Shown piece after piece: positions 47,205 through 56,363 of a stretch of DNA of 64,000 nt. A model generated the notes under the pieces. It did no database searches. It was not told the origin of the DNA and worked only from the letters and a program-made list of their open reading frames with translations. The stretch spans positions 19,317-83,316 of the forward strand of contig SLKG01000043.1 of assembly GCA_007134735.1 (NCBI GenBank), in the 5' to 3' direction. The position numbers were made by a program, and so were the translations under genes. Within the stretch, counting starts at the first letter, position 1. The number at the start of each line of letters is the position of its first letter. The stretch comes from Kiritimatiellia bacterium (lineage in GTDB: Bacteria > Verrucomicrobiota > Kiritimatiellia > SLAD01).

Positions 47205-47720
47205 TCACCCCGCGTGCCGAGACAGCTCGATTACCCGGTCGGCGACCTGTGAGGCCGAGAGATGCGTGGTGTTGATCCGCCGTGGAATGGCGTCGTAGAG
47301 CGGACGCCGTTTTTCAAGTAGTTCGGTTATCGCGCGAGCCTTGTCCTCGGACTCCAGCAGGGGGCGATGCGATTCTTTCCCGACGCGTTCCAGGATCGTT
47401 TCGGGTTCGGCCAGCAGACAAATCACCGTGCCTGTCCGGTCGAAATCACGGATGTTGTCGGGATCAAGCACGATGCCGCCGCCCGGCGCGATGACCTGCT
47501 CCCGTTTACGGCATAATTCCTTGACCAGGTCACGTTCCTGCTTGCGGAATTGTGCCTCGCCGTCCTCCGCGAATATATCGGAAATGGTCTTCCCGGCGCG
47601 TTCTTCAATAACCGAATCCATGTCGATGAACGGGCGGTGTACCCGTTCGGCCACCATGCGCCCGACCGTGGTCTTGCCCGTACCCATGAACCCGACGAGG
47701 ATAATGTTTCTCTTGTTCAT
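47205..47720 (-). CDS. aroK: Shikimate kinase
   Basis: Walker A (GFMGTGKTTVG) and a shikimate-kinase fold. Confidence 0.9.
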   Translation of the reverse strand: MNKRNIILVGFMGTGKTTVGRMVAERVHRPFIDMDSVIEERAGKTISDIFAEDGEAQFRKQERDLVKELCRKREQVIAPGGGIVLDPDNIRDFDRTGTVICLLAEPETILERVGKESHRPLLESEDKARAITELLEKRRPLYDAIPRRINTTHLSASQVADRVIELSRHAG

Positions 47721-47752
47721 CTCGGTGTCCTGATTTATTCCCTCCTGCTTCA

Positions 47753-47870
47753 GGTTATTGGTTATCGGTTATGGGTTACAGGATGTTCGGGGATTGATCC
47801 CATGCCGGTCTTATCCCGTGTAACACGTTCCTGCGCACCCTGAAACCTGAAACCCAAAACCTGAAACCCG
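47753..47870. repeat. Two blocks of tandem heptamer repeats (GGTTAYN x4 at 47753..47782; CTGAAAC x3 plus CCAAAAC at 47839..47868)
   Basis: Direct inspection. The blocks lie in the 188-bp spacer between pilD (upstream on the minus strand) and aroK. Confidence 0.7.
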
Positions 47871-47909
47871 GATCCGCCAACCACCAATATGTTCTCCCAC
47901 GGAGCCCGG

Positions 47910-48740
47910 CTAAAAATCCGGCGAGCCCGCCAACCACCCGACATACGCCTCCCACCAGGCCGTGCCCCAAAGGATCCACAATACGGCCGCGAGGGCCAGG
48001 TACGGCCCGTATGGAACGCGGCTCTGCCACTCCCGGCCTCCGAATGCAATGAGGCTTAAACCGATGATGGATCCCAGCAGCGACGAGATCATGACCGTAA
48101 ACAGTACGCCCTGCCAGCCGGTAAATGCGCCGATGGCGCCCAGCAGTTTCACATCGCCGAGCCCCATGGCGTCCTTGCGGAACATCCATTTGCCGATCAC
48201 CCCGACCAGCCAGAGCGAGCCGGCGCCGACCAGTAACCCGAAAAACGACGATTTCAAGGATTCCGTCATATGTTCGACATGATGCAGCGCGGGGACCAGG
48301 GCGCTGAACAGCACGCCGAGCGCCATGCCGCCGAGGCTGACCCGGTCGGGGATGATCATGTGTTCCAAGTCCACGAACGTCGCCAGGATCAACCCGGAAA
48401 TGACGAGCCAGAAAATCGGCGTTATCACGCTCCATCCGTATTGCCACCAGACGAGGGTGAACAGGACGGCGGTCAACGCTTCAACCGAAACGTATCGGAA
48501 AGAAATGCGCGCGCCGCAGGAGCGGCATCGGCCCCGCAGGGCGAAGAAGCTGATCAAGGGCAGGTTGTCGTGCCACGGAATGGGGCGTCGGCATTCCGGA
48601 CATCGCGAGCGCGGCGTGACGATGGATTCGGAACGGGGGATGCGATGAATGCACACATTCAGGAAACTGCCCATGCAGGCTCCGCCCAGGAAAATGACCA
48701 GAGACAGATAGAGGTACACCGCTGGATCCGGATCGGTCAT
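47910..48740 (-). CDS. pilD: Prepilin peptidase (type 4 prepilin-like leader peptidase / N-methyltransferase)
   Basis: Tetra-Cys Zn motif (CPECRRP...CRSCGARI) and the catalytic Asp motifs (FVDLEHMIIPD; GLGDVKL). Trimmed to ATG 48740 (ATGA overlap with aroE); the tracked upstream extension is R-rich. Confidence 0.85.
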   Translation of the reverse strand: MTDPDPAVYLYLSLVIFLGGACMGSFLNVCIHRIPRSESIVTPRSRCPECRRPIPWHDNLPLISFFALRGRCRSCGARISFRYVSVEALTAVLFTLVWWQYGWSVITPIFWLVISGLILATFVDLEHMIIPDRVSLGGMALGVLFSALVPALHHVEHMTESLKSSFFGLLVGAGSLWLVGVIGKWMFRKDAMGLGDVKLLGAIGAFTGWQGVLFTVMISSLLGSIIGLSLIAFGGREWQSRVPYGPYLALAAVLWILWGTAWWEAYVGWLAGSPDF

Positions 48741-49600
48741 TTTTCGTATACCACCTTTTCCAGCGCCTCGCGCATGATGTCCACGGGCGCCTCGGCGCCG
48801 GTCCAGACGGCAAAGGCCCGGGCGCCCTGGTGCAAAAGCATACCCAGTCCGTTTGCCGTACGGGCGCCGCATTCGGCGGCGACCGCGAGAAGACGGGTTT
48901 GGGGATACATATAAATGAGATCGTACACGCACTGATTCTCATGAAAGGCGTCCGGACCCAGGAGCGAGGGATCATCCTTCTTCATGCCCACGGGCGTGGC
49001 CTGGACCACGAGATCGGCCTCGCTGGCCGTGCGCGTCTGTTCGGATGGTTCGACGGCCACCGTTACATCCACCAGCGGGTTGAGTTCCTCTATTTCGGCG
49101 GCCACTTTGACGGCGCGTTCCTCATCCAGGTCGGCCAGCGTGATTCCGGAAACGGCGTGTTGCGCGCAGGCCAGCGCCACGGCACGGCCGGCGCCGCCCG
49201 TGCCGAGCACGAATATGGAACGGCCGTCCACCGGCTCTCCGAACGCTTCTTCCACGGCCTTGAGAAAGCCGTGTCCGTCGGTGTTGTGGCCCGTCATGCC
49301 GTCCTCTGTGAAATGCACGGTGTTGACCGCCCGCACGAGTTGCGCGGACTCGTCGAGATCGGAAAATTCACGAAAGGCGATTTCCTTGTGTGGCACGGTC
49401 AGGTTCACGCCTACAAACCCCATGTGCCGCATGCTTTCCAATACATCCATCAAGCGGTTCGGGGGCACGTCGAAAGCCAGATACAACGCGTCCATATTGA
49501 GGGCCTCAAAGGCCGCGTTGTGCATGACCGGTGACAGGGAATGGCCGACCGGATGTCCCAGCACGGCGAAAGGTTTGGTGTACCCGCTGATTCGTTTCAT
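48737..49600 (-). CDS. aroE: Shikimate dehydrogenase
   Basis: AVLGHPVGHSLSPVMHNAAF N-terminus and a Rossmann domain (GTGGAGRA). Confidence 0.9.
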   Translation of the reverse strand: MKRISGYTKPFAVLGHPVGHSLSPVMHNAAFEALNMDALYLAFDVPPNRLMDVLESMRHMGFVGVNLTVPHKEIAFREFSDLDESAQLVRAVNTVHFTEDGMTGHNTDGHGFLKAVEEAFGEPVDGRSIFVLGTGGAGRAVALACAQHAVSGITLADLDEERAVKVAAEIEELNPLVDVTVAVEPSEQTRTASEADLVVQATPVGMKKDDPSLLGPDAFHENQCVYDLIYMYPQTRLLAVAAECGARTANGLGMLLHQGARAFAVWTGAEAPVDIMREALEKVVYEK

Positions 49601-49633
49601 GCTCCTTGACTCTTTTCTGAGTTGTCGCGCGTT

Positions 49634-51196
49634 CTACTTCCGACGGGGTGTCCTCTTGCGCGTCCCCGCGCGGTCCTCGACCAGGAACCGGTTGACGCAA
49701 TTCAGGTACGCTTTGGCGCTGGCCTCGACGATATCGGTGCTCGATGCCTTGCCGGATACCAGGTGCCCCTTGTTGAAATCCACCCGCAGGCTGACTTCAC
49801 CCATGGCGTCCTTGTCCTTGGTGATGGCCTGCAGGCTGTAATCCAGCAACCGTCCCTGTACGCCGGCGATACGGTCGATGGTTTTGAGTGCCGCGTCCAC
49901 CGGTCCGTCGCCGCAGGCGGCATCCTGGATCACCCGGTCGCCGCGCTTCAAGCGCACGGTGGCGGTCGGCACGGTGCCGGTACCGGCCGATACGTGCAGA
50001 TAATCCAGGGTGAACACCGAGGGCAAATCGCGCATGATTTCCTGCGCGATGGCCACCAGGTCATCATCATAGATATTCTTCTTCTTGTCGGCCAGGTCGA
50101 CAAAGTTGCGGTATGCCGTCTCCAGCTCCTTCGCCGACAGTTTGAAGCCCAGTTTCTGCAGGTGATTGGCAAAGGCGTGCCGGCCGGAATGCTTGCCCAG
50201 TACGAGTTCCGTTCCCGTGATGCCCACATCTTCGGGTCGCATGATTTCGTACGTGGTGCGCTCCTTCAGGATCCCGTCCTGGTGGATGCCCGCCTCGTGC
50301 GCGAAAGCGTTTGCGCCGACGATGGCCTTGTTGCGTTGTACCACCATACCGGTTAACTGGCTGACCAGGCGACTGGTGCGGTATAACTCGCGTGTCCGGA
50401 TGTCCGTCCACAAGCCGTATGCATCGGCACGCGTCCGCATGGCCATCACGACTTCTTCCAGGGAGCAATTCCCGGCCCGCTCGCCCAGTCCGTTGATGGT
50501 GCATTCAATGCCGCGGGCGCCGTTTTTAACGGCGGCCAGCGAATTGGCCACGGCCAGGCCCAGATCGTTGTGACAATGCACATGCACCGTCACGTCTGCC
50601 AGCTCGGGGATGTGCTCGAACAGGTAGGCAATCAGCCCGCCGAATTCATCCGGAACCGCGTAGCCGACCGTATCGGGAATATTGATGGTCGTTGCGCCTG
50701 CGTCGATCGCGGCCTTGCAGACCTCGGCCAGGAAATCCGGTTCCGTGCGCGAAGCGTCTTCGGGGCTGAACTGGACGTCTCGTACATGTTTTCTCGCCAG
50801 TTTCACGCCCTTGACGGACTGCTTGATGATTTCCTCCTTGGCCTTTTTCAGTTTGTACTGACGATGAATCGCGGAGGTCGCCAGGAACACATGGATGCGC
50901 GCGCGGTCTCCGGCCGGGGCCACGGCTTCGGCGCACGTTTCGATATCGCGCGGCACGCAACGGGCCAGTCCGGCAATGCGGGGACCCTTGATCTCCTTGG
51001 CCACGGCCTGTACTCCGGCAAAGTCGCCGGGAGACGCGATGGGGAAACCGGCCTCGATAATGTCCACGTTCAGGCGGGCCAGTTGCCGGGCCACTTCCAG
51101 TTTCTCGCGCAGGCCCATGCTGGCGCCCGGACATTGTTCCCCGTCCCGTAATGTCGTATCGAATATGATGACTCTGTTTTCCGTTTTCTTCTTCAT
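49634..51196 (-). CDS. leuA: 2-isopropylmalate synthase
   Basis: HMGL-like TIM barrel (IFDTTLRDGEQ) plus a C-terminal LeuA dimerisation/regulatory domain; 520 aa. Confidence 0.9.
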   Translation of the reverse strand: MKKKTENRVIIFDTTLRDGEQCPGASMGLREKLEVARQLARLNVDIIEAGFPIASPGDFAGVQAVAKEIKGPRIAGLARCVPRDIETCAEAVAPAGDRARIHVFLATSAIHRQYKLKKAKEEIIKQSVKGVKLARKHVRDVQFSPEDASRTEPDFLAEVCKAAIDAGATTINIPDTVGYAVPDEFGGLIAYLFEHIPELADVTVHVHCHNDLGLAVANSLAAVKNGARGIECTINGLGERAGNCSLEEVVMAMRTRADAYGLWTDIRTRELYRTSRLVSQLTGMVVQRNKAIVGANAFAHEAGIHQDGILKERTTYEIMRPEDVGITGTELVLGKHSGRHAFANHLQKLGFKLSAKELETAYRNFVDLADKKKNIYDDDLVAIAQEIMRDLPSVFTLDYLHVSAGTGTVPTATVRLKRGDRVIQDAACGDGPVDAALKTIDRIAGVQGRLLDYSLQAITKDKDAMGEVSLRVDFNKGHLVSGKASSTDIVEASAKAYLNCVNRFLVEDRAGTRKRTPRRK

Positions 51197-51251
51197 GATC
51201 TGTATCCTGTTCCGCTATTTATGATCCCAATTACCGCCCGATCACAACCAT

Positions 51252-51283
51252 AAAAAAACCCACCCGGCTCGCGCGGGGTGGGT
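51252..51283 (-). terminator. Rho-independent terminator 55 nt upstream of the leuA start (putative attenuator terminator)
   Basis: Minus strand: ACCCACCCCGCGCGAGCCGGGTGGGT followed by TTTTTTT. Confidence 0.75.
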
Positions 51284-51306
51284 TTGTCTCGTTTCTGGAA
51301 GGGGCT

Positions 51307-51426
51307 CTACCTTCGGGCCCGGACGACCACCGCCGCGCATGCCGCGCCCGTAAGGCGCAACACGAGCGTCCCGAGAACAAGCAGGCCCGGAAGCACGTAC
51401 GCCGCGATGGTCCATTCATTTATCAT
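51307..51426 (-). CDS. Putative Leu-rich leader peptide (39 aa) upstream of the leuA attenuator-like terminator
   Basis: MINEWTIAAYVLPGLLVLGTLVLRLTGAACAAVVVRARR has 6 Leu in an 11-residue stretch. Its stop lies 16 nt before the terminator. There is no clear SD, so this is speculative. Confidence 0.3.
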   Translation of the reverse strand: MINEWTIAAYVLPGLLVLGTLVLRLTGAACAAVVVRARR

Positions 51427-51564
51427 GATGGCACAACATAGAGCATGCCGTGGGAGGTGTCAAGCGGCCGGGGCGTGTGGCTTTGCGGACCGACCGTCTG
51501 CGATTCCGGAACACCGCACAATTCCCTAGTGGCCGCGTGCGATGGATCCTGTCATAGTGGGGGT

Positions 51565-52713
51565 ATGTTCCAAACCGGCATGGATGTACTGCTGGACGAA
51601 CGGGTTGACCTGCTCAAAGGGCGGCGCGTGGGGTTGCTTGCGCATCCCGCCAGCGTGAACCGGCTCGATGTGCATTCCGCCCTGCTGCTCCGGGATTGTA
51701 AGGAGGTGGCCTTGACAGGCCTGTACGGGCCGGAACACGGATACTACGGCCACGGAGGGGCGGGGGAGGCGGTGCGCGACGAATGCCATCCTTCCTGGCA
51801 TATTCCCATCCACTCGCTCTACGGGGAAACCCGCCGCCCCGTACCGGAGATGTTTGAGCCGGTGGATGTGATCGTATCGGACCTTCAGGATCTCGGCGTG
51901 CGTTGTTATACGTATGTGTCCACCCTGCGCCTTCTTTTGGAAGCGGCGGCGGAAAACGGGGTTGCGGTGGTGGTGACCGATCGGCCGGTTCCGCTTCCGG
52001 AAACCGTGGACGGCCCCTTGCCGGATCCCGCCTTTGAAAGTTTCGTGGCAAACATTCCGGCGCCGTTGGTATACGGCATGACGCCCGGTGAGACGGCGCG
52101 CTGGCTGGTTCGCCGGCTTGATCTCGACCTCGATCTTGAAGTCGTACCCATGCGCGGCTATCAGCGGGATCCGGTACGGCGGGCCGGATGGCCCGAGTGG
52201 ATACCGCCGTCACCGGCCATCCGGAACTGGGAATCCGCCCGGTGTTATCCCATTACCGTTTGTGCCGAAGCCCTGACCGCATTGGATTGCCGGCGGAAAA
52301 CCCGGGAGGCCTTTCAGGTGTTGACCGTTCACGGAGTCAACGCGGAAGCATGGTGTGAACGCCTGTGCGCGGCGGAACTGCCCGGGGTACATTTTGAGCC
52401 CTACTACGATGCGGAACAGCCCGGACGGGGAGGTATCCGGATCCGGGTAACGCGCGCGCAAACGATTCAGCCTGTCCGAACCGCGGTGGTCCTGTTACGT
52501 TTCCTGGGGGATGTAATGGGCGATACCGCGCTGTGGGAACACGAGGGAACGCGGGAAGATTTTTTCGATCAACTCATGGGAACCGACCGGATCCGTCGCG
52601 GATTGCAATCGGGCGCTTCTGTAGAGGAGATCATGGCCGAATGGAAATCGGGACAGGAAGCGTTTCGCGACGAGCGCTCGGAGGCCTTGTTGTATGAGCC
52701 GGAAAGGGCATGA
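51565..52713 (+). CDS. DUF1343 family protein (exo-beta-N-acetylmuramidase NamZ/YbbC-like)
   Basis: RRVGLLAHPASV...GLYGPEHGYYG pattern typical of DUF1343. The start is trimmed to MFQTGMDVLL, ATG 51565. Confidence 0.7.
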   Translation: MFQTGMDVLLDERVDLLKGRRVGLLAHPASVNRLDVHSALLLRDCKEVALTGLYGPEHGYYGHGGAGEAVRDECHPSWHIPIHSLYGETRRPVPEMFEPVDVIVSDLQDLGVRCYTYVSTLRLLLEAAAENGVAVVVTDRPVPLPETVDGPLPDPAFESFVANIPAPLVYGMTPGETARWLVRRLDLDLDLEVVPMRGYQRDPVRRAGWPEWIPPSPAIRNWESARCYPITVCAEALTALDCRRKTREAFQVLTVHGVNAEAWCERLCAAELPGVHFEPYYDAEQPGRGGIRIRVTRAQTIQPVRTAVVLLRFLGDVMGDTALWEHEGTREDFFDQLMGTDRIRRGLQSGASVEEIMAEWKSGQEAFRDERSEALLYEPERA

Positions 52714-52899
52714 GCCCTTTTTGTGCTCCCGGCGACGTTATCCGGCGCGGCCGGTGGCGGCGCATGCACGGCACGCCGGTCCGCGGATCCCTGCCGAAGC
52801 GCGAGGAGCGCGGATGCGCGGAGGGGCCCGGACCACAGGGTGAACTTGACACCGGCCTGATAACGATTAGTCTGTGTCGAGAATTATTCATTGTGTCAT

Positions 52900-52973
52900 G
52901 GGCGTTTAGCTCAGCTGGTTAGAGCGCTTGCCTCACATGCAAGAGGTCACTGGTTCGAGTCCAGTAACGCCCA
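52900..52973 (+). tRNA. tRNA-Val (anticodon CAC)
   Basis: Cloverleaf: acceptor GGGCGTT/AACGCCC, D-arm TAGCTCAGCTGGTTAGAGC, anticodon stem CTTGC/GCAAG with loop CTCACAT, and T-arm GGTTCGAGTCC. Confidence 0.9.
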
Positions 52974-52988
52974 TATCCGCTCTATCAC

Positions 52989-53062
52989 GGCGCGGTAGCC
53001 AAGTGGCCTAAGGCGGAGGTCTGCAAAACCTCTATTCGCCGGTTCGAATCCGGCCCGCGCCT
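52989..53062 (+). tRNA. tRNA-Cys (anticodon GCA)
   Basis: Acceptor GGCGCGG/CCGCGCC, anticodon stem GAGGT/ACCTC with loop CTGCAAA, and T-arm GCCGGTTCGAATCCGGC. Confidence 0.9.
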
Positions 53063-53299
53063 TTAATCCGGTTCCGTCTGCCCGGCCGGTATTCCGTGTA
53101 TTCCGGTCGGCCAAAAAAACGGATTATTCTGTGAAATCGGGCTTGTGCCCGTTTCTGCTCCTGTTATAAAGCCAAGAAGAAAGCACATAAGGGATCTTCT
53201 TGAAAGGTCATCATTTTCGGCCGGATTATTCCTTTTAAACCGTTTCTGCCTCCGGGGTGGGCGCCAAATAAACAAAACAAAAAGGGAGTGCGTTAATTC

Positions 53300-53683
53300 A
53301 TGGATGTACCAAAAGATTACCTCTACACGAACTCACATGAGTGGATCCGCATGGAGGATCGTATCGCGACCATAGGCATTACCGATTTTGCACAGTCACA
53401 ATTGTCCGATGTCACCTTTGTAGAGCTTCCTTCTACCGGAGACCAGGTGGCCGCGGGGGATGAAGTCGCCGTTGTGGAATCCGTCAAGGCCGCGACCGAT
53501 GTGTACAGCCCGGTTACCGGCGCCGTGGCCGAAATCAATGAACGCCTTGTCGAACACCCCGAAATCATCAACGATGATCCCTATGGCGATGGTTGGATGT
53601 TCAAAATTGAATTGGCCGAACCGAAAGAGGTGGATCAACTTCTGGATGCGGAGGCCTACGAAAACTCCCTGCCTGCGGGGTGA
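53300..53683 (+). CDS. gcvH: Glycine cleavage system H protein
   Basis: Lipoyl-lysine motif (ESVKAATDVYSPV) and an H-protein fold. Confidence 0.9.
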   Translation: MDVPKDYLYTNSHEWIRMEDRIATIGITDFAQSQLSDVTFVELPSTGDQVAAGDEVAVVESVKAATDVYSPVTGAVAEINERLVEHPEIINDDPYGDGWMFKIELAEPKEVDQLLDAEAYENSLPAG

Positions 53684-53713
53684 TGTGGTCAACGCGCCTG
53701 TTCGGGTGAGACC

Positions 53714-54415
53714 GTGAAGGGGTACGCTGTCTATTTTGATCAACCCGTTCCCTATGCCCGTGCGGAACGCATACAGGATGCCCTGGTCTCCGCGCGGATC
53801 GCGGAAAGCATTCCCGATACGGTACTGTTTCTGGAACATACACCGGTCGTTACACTGGGCCGGCGGCGCCGCGAGGAACACCTGCTGGTCGCGCCCGGGG
53901 AATTACAAGCGGCGGGCATCGAATTATATCCCTCCACGCGCGGCGGGGATGTAACCTATCATGCGCCCGGCCAACTTGTGCTCTATCCCATCCTCCGGCT
54001 GGGTGTGCAGGACCACGATGCGCATGGGTACCTGTGGAATCTGGAAGAGATCGCCATCCGCACATGCGCGGATTTCGGTGTGCCGGCGGAGCGGGTGCCC
54101 GGAAAAAGCGGCGCGTGGACGGTGGCGGGGAAAATTGCCGCGATCGGGTTTCATCTCAAGCGCTGGGTAACCGTTCACGGAATGAGTTTCAATGTGGACC
54201 TTGATCTGGATGGATATCGGCACATCGTGCCGTGCGGTTTGCACGGGGACCCGGTCTGTTCCCTTCAGAGTCTTCTGGGCGATGAGGCGCCTTCCGTGCG
54301 GGAGGTGCGCCGCCGGATGAAAGACCATTTCGAGGCGATCTGCGGGCGCCGGCTGGACCTCTGTTCTCCGGATCAACTGCCCGGATCGCTTGCCCGGATC
54401 TGGCCGGAAGAATGA
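53714..54415 (+). CDS. lipB: Octanoyltransferase (lipoyl(octanoyl) transferase)
   Basis: LipB motifs (FLEHTPVVTLGRR; catalytic region PCGL). GTG start. Confidence 0.85.
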   Translation: MKGYAVYFDQPVPYARAERIQDALVSARIAESIPDTVLFLEHTPVVTLGRRRREEHLLVAPGELQAAGIELYPSTRGGDVTYHAPGQLVLYPILRLGVQDHDAHGYLWNLEEIAIRTCADFGVPAERVPGKSGAWTVAGKIAAIGFHLKRWVTVHGMSFNVDLDLDGYRHIVPCGLHGDPVCSLQSLLGDEAPSVREVRRRMKDHFEAICGRRLDLCSPDQLPGSLARIWPEE

Positions 54416-54531
54416 CCCTTCGCGACACGGGCCGTACGCGTACCTGTCCCCCATGCACACCACGCACTTTCACGCCGGGGCCGGGGAATCCCCCGTCTTT
54501 TCCGGATGCGTGCAGGGCAAAGCGGAAGACC

Positions 54532-55824
54532 CTACCGTGCTGATTTTCTCAAACGCGCCGCATAGACGCCATCGGTTCCCGTGTCGGGCGGGAACAGGTG
54601 GGTTTCCTTTTCCAGGGCGAACCCGGGATGCTTACCAAGCCATCCGGCCAGGAGCTCGATGTTTTCTTCCGGTTCGAGGCTGCAGGTACTGTACACGATC
54701 CGCCCGCCGGACCGGACCAGGCGTGCGGCCTGATCGAGCATCTTCTCCTGGACGCGGGTCAGTTGCCGGAGGCGTTTGAGCTGAAAACGCCAGCGCGCGT
54801 CCGGCCGACGGCGGATGACGCCGGTATTGGTGCAGGGCACGTCGAGCAGAACGGCATCCGGGGGCGGCGCGCAAAGTGCGCGGGGTATGCGGGCGGCCGT
54901 GAAGTCCGCCCGCTGAACACGTACCCGGTCCCATCCGCATCGCGCGAGGTTCTGTTTCAGCATATCGAGCCGGCCCGCTTCCGAATCCGACGCCACGAGG
55001 TCGGCCTTGCCGTCCATCCTGTCCGCGATCGCGAGCAATTTGCCGCCGGGCGCCGAGCAGGCGTCGAGAATGCGTTCTCCGGGTTGCGGATCCAACAGGT
55101 CAACGGCCACAATGGTGGAGGGATCCTGGACGGTGAACCATCCTTGTTTGAATCCGGGCAGTCCGGTGATTTCCTGTCCATGGGGGAGGATCAGGAAGCG
55201 GCCGGAATCAAAGGGATGCGGTTGGACGTCAATGCCGCCGTCCCGCAGCGCCCGGACGAACGCCTCCATGCTCGTGCGACTCCGGTTCACGCGCAGTACG
55301 GTCTCGGCGGGACGATTATTCCATTCACAAAGTCGCGTTGCATGTTCCTCCCCGTAACGCTGTATCCAGCGGTCCGTGAGCCGTTCGGGATGGGACAACC
55401 GAATCGACATCGGTTGCCGGTTCAGCGCTTCCCGGAGGGCGTCGCGTTGGCGCTGTGCGCGCCGCAGGATGGCGTTCACAAAACCGACCGGCGAATCGCC
55501 GGCCATTTCCCGTGCGGCCTCGACGGTTTCGTGAATGGCGGCGTGGTCTTCGACATCGTCCATGTAGAGTAATTGATACAGGCCCACGAGCATCAGGGCC
55601 TGTACACGGGGTTCCGGAGACCGGCGCGCGTATCGGTTCAGTATCCATTCCACGGCGGCCTTGTAGCGAACCACGCCGTACACCATATCCATGATAAAGG
55701 AGCGATCCGCTCCCACTCCGGCGAGCAGGTGATCGGGAAAGGCGCCGGACGTCAGCCAGCGATGGACCACTTTTGCGGCCTCGGCACGGCTATTGTGAGA
55801 GGGTATTGGCTTTTCCGGTGTCAT
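54532..55824 (-). CDS. rsmB: 16S rRNA (cytosine967-C5)-methyltransferase RsmB/Sun
   Basis: NusB-like N-terminal domain, SAM-binding site (DACSAPGGK) and the catalytic motif (YSTCSLEPEEN). Confidence 0.9.
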   Translation of the reverse strand: MTPEKPIPSHNSRAEAAKVVHRWLTSGAFPDHLLAGVGADRSFIMDMVYGVVRYKAAVEWILNRYARRSPEPRVQALMLVGLYQLLYMDDVEDHAAIHETVEAAREMAGDSPVGFVNAILRRAQRQRDALREALNRQPMSIRLSHPERLTDRWIQRYGEEHATRLCEWNNRPAETVLRVNRSRTSMEAFVRALRDGGIDVQPHPFDSGRFLILPHGQEITGLPGFKQGWFTVQDPSTIVAVDLLDPQPGERILDACSAPGGKLLAIADRMDGKADLVASDSEAGRLDMLKQNLARCGWDRVRVQRADFTAARIPRALCAPPPDAVLLDVPCTNTGVIRRRPDARWRFQLKRLRQLTRVQEKMLDQAARLVRSGGRIVYSTCSLEPEENIELLAGWLGKHPGFALEKETHLFPPDTGTDGVYAARLRKSAR

Positions 55825-55879
55825 GACGTTTGATCATGGCAGAGGAAGGGGAGACGCCGCAATGGGAAAGGGCATTCAA

Positions 55880-55976
55880 CGTTTAACAGGTAACGCCTAA
55901 CGTTTAATTCTCGAGGGTCAACCGTATTCCATTGAACGTTAGACGTTGGACATTAAGCGTTAGGTGTTGAAATGGG
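55880..55976. repeat. AACGTT-rich inverted element pair (TTCAACGTTTAACAGGTAACGCCTAACGTTTAAT and its imperfect inverted copy)
   Basis: TAACG / AACGTT motifs in both orientations. The pair lies in the divergent intergenic region between rsmB and the 3D-domain gene. Confidence 0.6.
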
Positions 55977-56363
55977 TATTCCCCCCAGAAAGATGTTGCC
56001 CGGCCTTGAGGGGGAAGACCGGGCAACGGGGGGACTATCGCAGGGTTGCGATGGTCAGAAACGGGTTCGTTTATTGGATCGTCTAGGTATGGTATAATCT
56101 CGGTTGGCGCATTTGTATATGTTCGTATCCACTTGGGAGGGGGGGATTTCCCGGGGAGGCGGCGCGGTATTGATGTCCCATATGTATTTCAACCATTCGA
56201 CTCCTGCGCCCGTATCGCCGGAAGTATGTCCCGCGCCATCACCCATAGTCGAAGCCATTCGCCGCCCTCCATATTTTATTCAACGTGTTTGCAATATGGT
56301 GTATGGTCTATGGAGTTACCCGTGGAAGAGGTATTTGTTTAGAAGAAAAATCAGGCGCAGCCC

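Noticed and set aside
51231-51419. 62-aa minus-strand ORF reading through the leuA-proximal terminator
   Set aside because: It spans the terminator hairpin and U-tract and is Arg-rich. The alternative 39-codon frame that ends before the terminator is kept as the speculative leader.
53063-53299. Glycine riboswitch upstream of gcvH
   Set aside because: No GGAGAG...ACCGAAGGGGCAA-type conserved cores are visible. gcvH is not the usual riboswitch-controlled gene; gcvT is. The region instead looks like a plain promoter plus RBS.
56100-56363. c-di-AMP (ydaO) riboswitch in the long leader of the 3D-domain gene
   Set aside because: I could not find the CCGAA...CCGACAGCUAACC core or the GGGGnGAAUC elements by eye. 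It is kept only as a suggested Infernal check in the findings.
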